Shown one piece after another: positions 47,501 to 60,400 of a stretch of DNA of 64,000 nucleotides. Source of the DNA: Lingula anatina (taxonomy: Eukaryota > Animalia > Brachiopoda); the NCBI GenBank assembly GCA_051362555.1, contig CM120641.1:2728001-2792000 (forward strand), written 5' to 3'. The translations under genes were made by a program, and so were the position numbers. Within the stretch, counting starts at the first letter, position 1; every line of letters begins with the position of its first letter. The notes below the pieces were generated by a model, which worked only from the letters and a program-made list of their open reading frames with translations, had not been told where the DNA came from and did not search any database.

Positions 47501-50500
47501 TGATTTTTTAGTCACTTTCTATACATCCTAGACTCATGATAAAAGTTGTCACTCAATTGATGAAAATTTGTCAGTTGTAAAGGTAAAATAATTTTTGTTT
47601 CAAATTTATTATTTTTGGTTGTATTTGGTCAGTGTCATTTGTTATTAGAAAGAAGAAAATTATGATTAAGTTTTGCCTTGGATAACAGGTAAGTTGCAGA
47701 TGTGCTTGTTATATCTAAAAAAAATTATATTATTATAAAAATAAATTGAGGAAAAAATTCCCATTTTTTTTTTTTTTTTGTCATAATGTTTTCTTTATAT
47801 TTCAGAATACATTCATGCTGGACAATCACTACTGTATGGTATTTGATCTCCTGGACCCGTCCCCTCTGTCACTGCACTTCAAAAAAATAGATAAAAATCA
47901 GGTAAATATGTTTGGGTATTCGAATGTGGTGATTAAAAAACAGAAATGTGCTCTGAGTGAAGTCTTCATATGTAATTCTTTTGGTACAGCATAGAATGCT
48001 CAGGATATTACTATTCCTAATTTGCTGTATTGATATGATGTTCAAATTCACTTTTTTTTCTGTGTATCTAACATCACTTTTATTTAAAAATGTGTGAAAT
48101 TTCCCTGTATTGTCATTTTATCCATGGGCACCTATTACCTTTTTGATCTATTGTGTCTAACTGCTTATGTCATGTGTATTTTGATGTAGATATTGTTTAG
48201 CTACCTAGGTTTGGCTCAAATTTCACAGTTAAGCTATTTTTCTTTTGGTACACTTTCATCTCTATCCATCTGATTTATTGTGCTTTACTGTTCATTGTGA
48301 CTGCATTTTGACATGGCTGAGTTATGTTACACACGGAGAGAAAAAAAAATGCTCAGAATTGACAGCTCAAAAATGGTTTCTGAAATGTATTTAGTTTTTT
48401 TGTCAGAAATTTCCTGGTGTTTTATTGTGCATTATACTTCATCATGTCTCTGTTTTGATGTTGGCTGGTTACATGACATGGTATAATACTCTTATTATTG
48501 ATCGCCATGCACAATTCCTAATGACCCTGCTGCAGTAATGTACAGGCATTTCAGGTAACCCGGGCTCCGCTTCCCTTTGTTTGTTTTTATTTGCTGACTG
48601 TATCACAGACAGACAGGAAGCAGCAATTGTGCACAAGTCCAACCCAGGTTTCCGCCGGGCTTCCTTTAATTTTCTCCACCATTTCCATGACTCGGCCTGA
48701 ATTCTTTGTATTCTACCTGTTGAGAGAGATGTTGGCAGTCCAGGTGGTCTATTGTACACCTTAAAGCTTTTTGCAACTTTTCTATTCTGTCTGAATGATT
48801 CCTGTAAGGATAAGGTGGGATCTCCTGGGAGAAGACATTAGTGTGAGGCAACCTGGAAAATTGATCCCTTGTTAGCTAAGAGATGAAAGATAAATTGAGC
48901 AGTGTGTATATAATTGTTTGATAAGCTTTTAAGGGGCAGCACATGGGATAGTGTCACTAGGGTAATGCTGCCGTTTAAATTGCCGCACATTGTTCCAGGG
49001 ATAAAGAACTGACATAATACTTTCATCCGTCATAATTCCGTGTTGACACTTGCGTCTTCTTTTGATCCTTTTGTTAACTCACACTCCTCACAATGCTAAT
49101 AAGTGTCATTGTGACTTACATGATACTGCCTAATGCTTTTGAAGCTTTTAATAACTGGGAAATATTAGAGCAGAAAGGACATTAAATATAATTGAAGTCT
49201 TAATAAATCATTGCATAATGAAACACTGTTTCTTTGTATTTGCTTTATATGTTGAATTCACCTTAATTATAAAGTAGCATGCATTGTGGATGACTTAGAA
49301 AAATATCATGGATGTATATAATGATATTGGAAAATGATGTTTTAATTTTTTGAAATTTTTTCTTATTCCTCAATATGCTCCATGTTGCCGTACTGTACAC
49401 TTTGTGATTGTTGTAATAGAAATGTTTCACAGATTCTGTGGGAATAAAAAAAAAAAAACCCAGAGGAGTCATTGATAGTTCCAAGAGAGTTTTGACCAGG
49501 TTTTCTCCTTAATGGTGAAAGAATTAATGGGCTTGTGTGTTATTTTTTCTCTCTGAGAGGATGGCAGACACCAAGTCGCATTGTAATAGGAAACTAGCAG
49601 TCTACCTGTTGCTGCCACTTTATTCACTCAGCGGTGGTAGAAAAACTGGCGACTCTTGCTTTCTAGGGAACCAGAATTAAGGCTGGGTACAAAAGTAAAG
49701 TTTGTTTTGATCTTCAAACTGTAGACTTGAGTTAGGACAGCGATTAGACTTTTTGGATCTAGTCTGTAAAAAAAAATGAAAACCACACCAAAGATTGTGA
49801 GAGACGCAGTTAATGTGCCATAAAAATGATTGGCTTTGAGATGAAAGTCGGAGCCCCTCTTTGAAAATTTAATCCTTCTGGACATCAAATTGTGCACTAT
49901 ACATTTCCACAGGTGTGGGGAGGAGATTGTGAAATTGTTGCAAACTATCAGTGTTTGATTTGAGGTTTGTTTATTCATCTGATGTGGCACATGTTTCGCT
50001 ATGAAGCCTTAGTGGAGAGTGGAAGGAAATAGGAAATGCCTGACTGTGTTGTTTTTTTTTACATACGCGCATTTTGAAAGGGAGACAACCATATGGTTTG
50101 GTGTAACTGGATAAAGGAAGAAAATTAATTAAATGATTCTGTTGAAACCCAGTGTAATCTCTGCTTAATTAGGGAGAGGGTTTAATAGATTAAAAAAGTT
50201 AAGGTGAATGACCTCAGGTGAGACTTACTAGACCTGTACCTAAAAGTGTGCCTTTAATCTAAATGGTGAGCTAGTAATGACTTAAAGGTGGAAACAATCT
50301 AATTGAGTGATATAATTAAAGGTTGATATATGTTTTAATGATAACTGTTCTATTTTTGACACACTTAATACTTCACAGCAAATCACATATTGGTTTATAA
50401 ATTTAACAGAAAACATTCTTTAACTTAGTTAAATGCTGTCTTTTCTCCACATCAAGACATCTTGCTTTTTTCTAAATGAAATAAATATTTTAAAAAGGAT

Positions 50501-53500
50501 GCTATGTATTTCTAAATGTTTTCTCAAAAAAGATTATTTTATTGTCATATTGAAGAGTAACCATGAAAATGTATTCCTTGATGCTGTAGAATTATTTGAA
50601 TTTCCTGATAACCTTAGAGGGGAAATGCCCACCATTTTTACCCATAGTCTCTATCTCCTCCTTGGATTAGATTTTATTGAGGTTGTGTTTACAATAAGCC
50701 TGTCCAGTCCGCCTTAATAATAGGTACCATTCAGGTGTGAGGAATTACAGCAGACATCTTTATTTTTTTCTCTTTATACAAAAAGTGATAAGAACAAGCC
50801 ACAATTTATTGCCATTTTTCTTTTTATTCCACATGAAAGAGTACTTTTTATCATGACCACAATCTTTTATAAGATAATTAACTTTTAGGTGTTTTTTTTG
50901 TATTTTTTTATTACAGATGATTCCACTGCTGAAGAAAGTTACAGTGAAACTGCTTCAGGCTTTGGGGTTTTTGAAACAGCAGAATGTAATCCATGCGGAT
51001 CTTAAGCCAGAAAACATACTCTTAGAGTCAGGTATGAATACATAATTGATTATTAAGGATGGATGAAAAGAATGTTTTATTGAAAAAATATTGAGAGTTG
51101 ATTCAATAAGTATGTTAGCTTTAAAGAACAACGGTTTAAAAAGGGTACAAAGATAGACTGATTTTTGCTAAAATAAAAAAAATTGATTATTTTATTGGCC
51201 ATTAATCAGATAACACTGATAAATAGCTATAATTTTACAGGTTGTGTTGGACTTCTTTTTTTTTTTTTACTTCATAGGTTTTTTAAGATCTTTATATTTA
51301 GCGTGTCAACTTTAAAGATAAATTTAAAAAAAAAAAAACTTTCTTGAGCCATTTCTGATGCCCATTACGCACTGATTAACATCCATAATTCAATGACAAA
51401 TGTTTCCATTTCTCTGACAGCATATCAATCTCTTTGGATGAATAATCAAATTGAGCCTGTAACGCTAACCTAAGGACACTTTAATAAACTCATAAACCCT
51501 GATTCACTTAACACAAGTAGTTTGCTTGTTAACCTTTTCCATTGCAATCCATGGCCTTAAAGCGCTATTGACAGTATCAATTGGATCATGAGGGATTAGT
51601 CGGTAGATTGTATTAAAATGGTACTTAGGGGAGACTGGTAAATGTCATTAGTAAATAGAAAAATGACGAGGAACTGTGTCTGGACAGAATGTACGGCACC
51701 TATTTCTTTAATTCGAACAGAACTTTATGAACTTATTTTTCAAGATTAAAATAAAATGTATGTGCAGAATTGCTGAAAGATTTTTTCTGAAATTCTCTGT
51801 TGCATATCAAGTTGGGCCTCTCAGAAAACTTATTTTTCAATCAATAACACTAAATTATATATCTTTCAACAGTAAATATGTTCAGAATAAATCCCCTATT
51901 TCAAAATTTATGTGTAATTACGGTAGTCTAAATCGATCCATGTCCTTTCTGTGCCCCAGCCAGGTGATGGTTTTAGGGAGAAGTATTGATGAAGGGATTA
52001 GCAGGGTTTGTATTCATGGGCTCCCGGCCAACTCCAGCACAGAAAAATATTGTCTGATCCCCTGGGGTAGAAAATTGGTGCATCTGTTATAACCTTGTGT
52101 CATGGAAACTAAAGCAATCCTTTTTTATATTAAGACTATCATCATCTTGTCTGGATTTGTGTTGAAAGAAATAATTTTGGTTGTATTGTTTGATATAATA
52201 TTTTTTATACAATAGTGATTATAATTTAGATAATGATTTAAAATGATATTAAAAATATAATGGTGTAAATGCTTTGTTTTTCCAGTACAAATTTAAAAAG
52301 CCCTGTGATATTTATTTCAAAACTGATCCAACTTATCCTTCTTACACACCTCATCTGATGACTACTAATAATGTTTTGATTTAGAATAAAAGAAATAAAA
52401 ATATCCAAAGTGCCCCAATGACACCACAGTACTACCATTGTGGTTTCAAGTACCAAATTGCTCTATTAACTTTACTTAGCATGTATAGTTTGATCATTAC
52501 CTTGAGGTCTCTCAGAAATAGCCAGATGAGTAATTGCTCTAAGAACAACATGGGGTGCAGGAGAGGGCTCCACCTTTGCCCCTCTGGAGTCTGATCCTTT
52601 GATCTACTTTGATCATCTGGAGATTGGTACTATCTGATTGATCTGACCATCTCACCCAACCTTGCTCCACTGTGAAAATAAACATCTAACTACTCTAAGT
52701 GAAGTCTTGGAATCTCCTGGAATGGCTGGACTTAACTTAAGTCATCTGTATTGATTAAGATGGAGTGCTAATCAGTTGCTGCTGCTGTAACTATGCTCAG
52801 TAAGGATTTTTGTTGTCTTAATATATATATATGTCCATTCTGCTTTGATCCTGTTTTGGTGCACATCAGTTTGACAATGTCAGCTTCAGGTAAAATTGGC
52901 AATACTGCATCAGTAGTTAAATGCACCATTATAGGCAACACGTATAGGTGGAAGGTAGACCTTTAAATTTTGATATTGCCAAAATATGTATCATAGTATG
53001 TAGAAACTTTGACTAAAACAATAGTTACACTCGTGTGAAGAAATGCCAACAAACATGACAATCAGGCAACAGTGCTTTTTATTTTAGTTTTTTTTTTCTT
53101 TTATTATAGTTTTTCTCAACATTAGTCTTGTTGTCTGAACAATTTGGGGAATTTTAAGCTTGCTTTTCACCCCCCCTCCAAAAAAAAAAAAAAATAATAA
53201 ATAAATAAAAAAAGAAAGGAAGAAAGAATGAAAGAAAAAGAAGAATTTTTTTCCAATATGAACACATTAGAATACCTCACTAGCTACATGAAGTGTCTCT
53301 TACTGTGTGTTACCTGTAATAATAAATAATGGAGGAGGCCACTTGAGATCACCTGGCTGCCAGGTTAGATAGGTACATGCTGTGGACAGTAAGTGTTATC
53401 ACAGCAGAGGAAATCAGTTCATTTTCTCTGATAAATGAAAAACACTTGTTGCATCCACATCTTGAACCACCTCTGCCATACGTGTAACAGAAGTGAAGAT

Positions 53501-54375
53501 GAGCAGGAATTGTTATTTAGTCTTTTTTATTTAGTGAAAGGAATCATATATCTTGAGTAAGATTGAAATCTATTTTACTTTTGAAAAGCGCAAATTGAAA
53601 AATAAAACAAAAATGTTGTCATCCATCTATTTTTGACCTTACGAAAGAGCCTGAAAAATGTTTATTGTTAATAAAATTGAAATTGATATTACTTTTGAAA
53701 AGTTAAGGTTTAAAACCAAAATAAGATATTGCTTTAATTGTTATTTTTTTTTAGCAAGTATATTTTTTATTGAGTTTTTTTGAGCCAGTATGTTTTGATT
53801 TCAGAGCACAATTTCTCTAGTCTGAAGATAGCTGATTTTGGGAATGCCTTCCACTGTGTCCATGATGAAGTCTCTTTGTACTATGATGACTTTGAACTAC
53901 AGACTTTACTGTATAGAGCTCCTGAGGTAAGGGTTGGACAAAAAAATAAAAAAAGAATGTGACCATTGCATACTTTATTTTGTTGTGGCTGTTAACTGCA
54001 TTTATTCTTGTGGAATTTTTTTTTATTTAAGAGACACCTGTTTGATACTGCTAAAATGATAAGTCATTAAGTGATGCATTTGTTCAGAAAATAGAATATC
54101 TCATACAAAAGAGGATATTTTTGATACTATAACAAATAATTTTGAGTGATATAGATTTTGTGATAACAGGTTGTTTGTTTATGTCAGTGATGAAAACTGT
54201 CACCAGTCTTTTTTTTTCAGTTTGTATGTATTCCTCCTCCTCAGTCTTAATAATTGTTATATTTATCAGAAAACCCTGCAGATATCTCACCACCTGCTTA
54301 TTAATAAATTCCAACCTTCATGGAAATAATCCTAGGGATACCGCAGAACTAAATATTGTAACAAAATAACAAATA

Positions 54376-54411
<36 letters not shown>

Positions 54412-57400
54412 CCTTCGTCTGCCCTGTAAATAAGCCTGCACAATCACATCAAAACAAACACAATTAAAACAGTCACACAAGTATAGTAGAAATACTTACC
54501 TGTAGATCTGTATCAATGGGACTTCTTTCAATTCACTGTTGGTTTGCAGAGAGCTGTCTTGGGCCTTTTAAATGCTGTATATGTTGATGAGATATTTATA
54601 AGGAAGTGGCCAAGCGGTCTCTGAGGATCCACCGGAATCAAACCAGGGGTTTTTCCCCAATGATTAATTCTAATTGTTCGTGTGGAAGCATTGATGAATC
54701 TTACTTTGACATCATTGAGGGTTAACAGGGTCAAGAAGTTCAGTCCGCTATATTTTTTTGGCTGCTCGTCAACTTTTTGTCCTAGTATTGATTGTGCTTG
54801 GCTAGGTTAAATAACCTGGGAAATTGCTGGCAAAATATTTGAGTGCTATGCTGATATTCCGTTAATTTAAACAATCTGGAATATTGAGATGTATTTACTT
54901 TTAGAAATGAGTGACACTTGTATTCCTACCTGGCAGGCCTCTCACCTGAATCTCTGTCTCACATACTATCTAGGGCAGGGGGTCTGTGAACAGGTGTCCT
55001 GTGAAATGCGAGAAAATAATTATGAGATTGCAGTATTGTTTAACTAGGAAGCTGACACTTGGGCTGATAATTGCTTGCTGGAGGGAATCTGCTTTCTGTG
55101 GAGAGGAAAATGATTAATCACGATCTCCAAGTTTTGTTTTTGTATTGTCTATGTAAATTAAAGTAACTGGTCTGTTTGTTTTATTTTTGTAATTAGGTGA
55201 AGATATTTCCTTCTCCATTTTTTTTAGAAACATTATTAATCTCTATAACAGTCTGATTCTAAACAAAACTTAAGCAATTTTTTTGTCACAAAGGTTTTGC
55301 CAGGGAGCCAGATGTATTCATTTTTAAGCTGTTATTGTGACCCGAGTTTTGTCTGTTCCACCTCTGATTATTTTTTTCTACCTTTCTTTCATTTCTTCAT
55401 TAGCTGGTCTTTGGTGATATTTTGTTTTACAGGATATGAATTTGATATTTTCACAATAAGAGCGGTTGCCTCAGGTTAAATGTTTAAATTGATTGGTAAC
55501 AATTTCAATCAATATACAAACAAGAGGCACCTTAAAGAAGCCAAGGAAACTTGTAAACAAACAAGCAGATGTGTTTGAAATGAAGGTATTGATCGAAAAG
55601 GTTACAAAATTAATCGCACGAGACAATTGCGTCTTGTGGATAAGTAGGAGAATAAATTGAGAGTATATCTGAAACCTTTCATTAGGTAATTCTAAAATCC
55701 TGAAAATGAAGTGCAACATGTTCTTTTTGCATATTGATTTTTTGTTGCATAGCTGCATTGCACAACATAGTAATCATTTTTTGAATAGCTTGGTCAAGTT
55801 AACGACAAAGTAACATATTTCCCAGTCAACCAATAACAATTGAGCAATAGGAATACCACCCCAAAATGATGGATCAATTGCATGCTGTCTTTTTTCCTTA
55901 TTTTCATCTTGGTAATTAATTTTTTCACCATTCCACTCTCTTTTGCAGCCTTTTTTTCCATTACTAAATTCCAAAGGAATGAGGAACTTGCATGCTGATA
56001 GAGTCATTTTTGATTGCCTACAATGACCTTGCTGAGTTGGTCTTAAGCTCGGCTTAGTTGGCTTTTTATGAGATAATCCTAAGTATAGGAAATTATGATA
56101 TAATAGTACTTGTCATGCATTTAAGAGTATTTGTGCTTATGCAAATTGCAGCCTGGCATAGACATTGTTATGCAAGTGATTTCAGACATGGGATTATGGT
56201 GCATGCTGGATCTGGAAAAAGCCATCTGTGCAAGGGAGTAGAATATTCTGGGTGAAGGGATCTTCCTTGTAAAAACCTCGAGGTCATGTTACCCTGGGAA
56301 AAATTGTCATCTAATTTAAATGTTTAATAATGAAACAAGGAAATCTTTATAACAGATTGTTCACATTGCGTTGATTCATTTTGTATAAAAAAAGGAAAAA
56401 AATAAGATTGTTATTGTTTCCTCCATTGGCTATCCTTATTTCCTGGAGAGAGAAATGACAGCCAACAGATGTTTAGAACAGTTGACATTGCAGATGTGGT
56501 AAAGAACATCTTATTTTAATTAATAGAATGTGATGCATTGGAATACCAATGAAATGCTGTAAATACTGAGCTCTATTCAAAATTGTTTCTCTTTGCAGTA
56601 AAAATGCATCGAATGCAACAGTTGCAGTAAGTTAAGAAGTAGTGTCCATTTATTTGGTAGATTGAAACTTCTGCTTTGAGATAGAACCTGTTTTATGATA
56701 TCGATAAAGGTCTGGTTGATAGCAGACAAGGTCTGCAGTAGATATGTTTTTAAAAAAAGTGAAGAGAGTAGAAAAGAAAAGAAAGCATTTGTGTAAATTG
56801 ACCTAATTGCAATCCAGGGACAAGATCAATTAACAAGCTGAATCTTGTACACAAGATAGACATTGTATTATCGATTCTTCCACCTGGAGGGAATACATGA
56901 TCTTATTTTGCAGATAAACCATTCATGCATTTTGCCTTTAGCTCTGCTTTCAAATTTTAGTGGTTTTTTATTGGATGAATTTCTCCATTAGTCGAGGCAC
57001 ATGTCGTCTAGTAATGTTCCTGTTGTCTAATGAATAATCCATTTAAATGAAAAAAGAAATCTGGATCAAGATAATGAACTGAAATATGGGTCTTTGAAAA
57101 TATGTGTTGGTAAATAATTGGGCAATAGAACGACATCATAATGTAGTTTTGATTGGTTTTGATGTAGAGGAAAGGATCCAGTCTAGATTGCACAGATGAA
57201 TCAGTCTTTGCCCTCAAGGTCACATCTTAGTGTCAATAACAGTATTTTGCCTTATTTCCTAAATCGATAAGCTCTTAGATATTCTGGCTAATTTATTGGA
57301 TTCTGCCCTTCCATGTTTCAGTAATGTTGGAGTTTGTTGAGGTGTTGCAACAAGTTGGTCTTCATGGACTAATTGTATTTGATTTTCACTCTGGAAATCA

Positions 57401-60400
57401 GACTTTTTGTCCATCATTGTTTTATCCTTAGAATAAATAATTTTTTGTTTTTACAATTATATACATCAAACACGTTTAAAGTTTGTGAATTATATAATTG
57501 TACATATGTATAATTGTTTGTTTTGCTCTATTCATTTTTTGAGAAGGCTTTAAGATTATTTGAAATGGAAATCTCTATCTTAATATCTGCTATTACACAA
57601 GTGTTAATTTATGCCAAAGGTTGTTCATTTTCTTTACTCTATCAAAAGGTGAGTATAAGACAATTAGGGTGATCATTTTGTTTTCCATGAAAAATTGGCC
57701 CCTACCGTACTGTATGTATATTTAGTTATTGTAGGATTTGAAGAAATGGAAAACTGCACATTGGGAGAATTTTTGTCTACTTGTTGAGTACTAAATTGTT
57801 TTGTTTACACACTTACAGTTTCTATATGTGCACTACTACAAAGTTCAGTAACAGGTGAGGTGACATTTTTATTTGGCACTACACAGTTACCACACAATAT
57901 ATAGTACATGTAATTACTCAGTGTTTCTGTTGCTGAACTTGGCACTGTATTTATCTTCAATACTTTAAGGAAGTATCCTTGTGTTAGTGTGTACATCTTC
58001 AGCTTGTTGCATGTTTTCCATCCCAGGGGACCAGGGCTCCTAAATACTCTGGTTACTTGCTAAAGGGGTAATGTATTACAAGTGATCATTTGTTTATACC
58101 TAAAGGCATTTCTAAGGTTTTAGAAAAACTGCAAAATCATGAACATTTTTAAAACTTTATTTTATATTAGAAATTGAATTAAATGTGTTTTTTAAATATA
58201 AATTTACTGTTTGATTGTCAGACTTTTTTTATATTAAATATAAAATTTTCTGTTATCAGTGATACTCTTTGGTATGTTTTTGTTTCATCTTTTAAGTACA
58301 CATTCTTCAGAGTTAGGACAACTGAAATCATATTTTATTGATAGGCAACCCTTTTAAGATGATAGGAAAACTAACTGCATAGATGTACTTATACATTAGA
58401 TGTGGTGAATTTCTCCTAAATATTTACAGAAGTCACCAGTCAATACAGGGGAGTTGTTTCTAATTTGATTTTTCTGGTGTTTGATGTGTTTGATGCAGCC
58501 TTTTGAAAACATGTGAGAGAAAGGTACACTCAACCAAACCTAATGAATAATAAACTCTGTATTGGTGTGAAGTCAAGAGATAATTGATTGTTTAAGGACA
58601 CAGAGGTTTACTATCGCCTGAAAGTAAATATACACAGATATTTGAGAATATATAAACCTGAGGCTAAGGTTTTATGAAATGTCAGCGCAGACACTTCATT
58701 TCCTAGATTTTGTAATTGTTAGTGTTTGTTTGTGTGTGCATCTTGGAAAACATAAACCTGGAGGCAATGTTTCTAGTAAATGTCAGTAAAGTAAATGTCT
58801 TATTACTTAGATTTCATGAATATAAATAGAACATTGGAATGGGTTTAATTTTTTAGAGTTGGGATTAAATGGAACAAAGATCTTTCAACCAGTTGAGAGT
58901 TTTTAAGTATAGGTATCTGTTTCCAAGATGTGTAGTGTTAGTTTAGGATAAAATGAAGGCACTGAGTACATGTACCATGAGCTTTCTAAGGGCCTGTCCA
59001 CATATTTTCTTTCTGAGCAACATTCCAAGAAAAAAGAATATAGATATGCCTCTCATCTTAAAATTCTTGAAATGAATAGGAAAACCTTTGTCACCTTTAG
59101 ATGTAAGATAAGAGGTTTTTGAGAGGGGGAAAGCATTGTACCTGTACCTCATTATTTTACAGCATGGGCTTAACTTTTTTTGTAAAAAATGATAAGGAAA
59201 ATAGAAATAGTGTGATCAATTTAAGAAAGAGTTTTGACTTTTTTTATTGGGTAAGGTTGTATGAAAGTAATACTGGAGTCAGTTCAGGAAATGAAATATT
59301 AACAACATTTGTGTCTGATGATTCTGTACAGTGTGTGAATATAGACCTTTTTGTAAGTAAAAACTCCAGCCCCTCTTCTGTAAAGGTTGACAAAACCACA
59401 AGACTTCACTTGTAATAATGCATGATTCTTGGCAGCCAGACTAGCACAACTTTTATTCTACAAGTTATGCCATATTCATTGTAAGTAAGGAGCCCTAGCC
59501 TATGAATTATTGTCACGCATACATCTCTATTGGTCTGATACAAGATAATGGTGCCCTGTGTGTGTATTGTGAATGTGTTAGATGAGACTGATGGGCAGTC
59601 CCAGGTGGGTATATATATGTTATATAGCATTATGAAGAAATAACTGCCTAAGGTAAAGAATATACATATATACAAAAAATCTTTTTAGTATACATGGTTT
59701 GTGGTCAGTGTATATGTTGCTGGGGCCTTTGTGGTGTATTTTTAACATAAATGACATCGGATTGATAGGACCTCTATTCCTGTCTGCTCCCTCTGTCCTT
59801 TCTGTACACCATAAAATATCCATGGCTTGAAGACATGAAGTAAAGTTATAGGGCCACTGCTATGTATTATGATCCAAATATACATAGCCATCCTACTGAC
59901 CCACGAAGGGAGGTGGTCATCTGGATTGTGAATGTGTCAGAGAAGCTTGACAGACCATGTGCATACTATTCATTCATGTTACCTGGCATTAAGTGTTGAA
60001 AAGAGGCTGTGAAATGCATTGTGAAATGTGATTGTTGAGCTTGACAAACCTCTCTATGCTGCACACACGGTCAGTGCCCATGGTTTAAATAGAGGGGCCA
60101 AAAATAAGAATTTCAAATGTGTCAGGTTAAAGTGGCAGGTATGTTATAGCTAGTTAAGGAGGATGAAGGCCGGATATTCACCTAAATAATTTCTTGTTTA
60201 ATACCAGATGTGAACCGCCTGTACACACAATTCCAGCCCTGTTGCTCATCACCTCCATGTAAAGTTCAACCCATCTTTCCCCATCAAATTGATGAAATAT
60301 AGATTGTATACAGTAGCTAGCAGGGGCAGGGGTGATGTTATCCAACCCACACAAGTTATTAGCTGCCATTAGTATTGACAGTTACTGTAGCCTTTGATCA

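Noticed and set aside
52903-52913. TACTGCATCAG, matching the first 11 nt of miR-217
   Set aside because: No hairpin partner and the remainder diverges.
57871-57950. Two TTGGCACT words resembling miR-96 5' ends
   Set aside because: No convincing stem-loops and 3' portions do not match.
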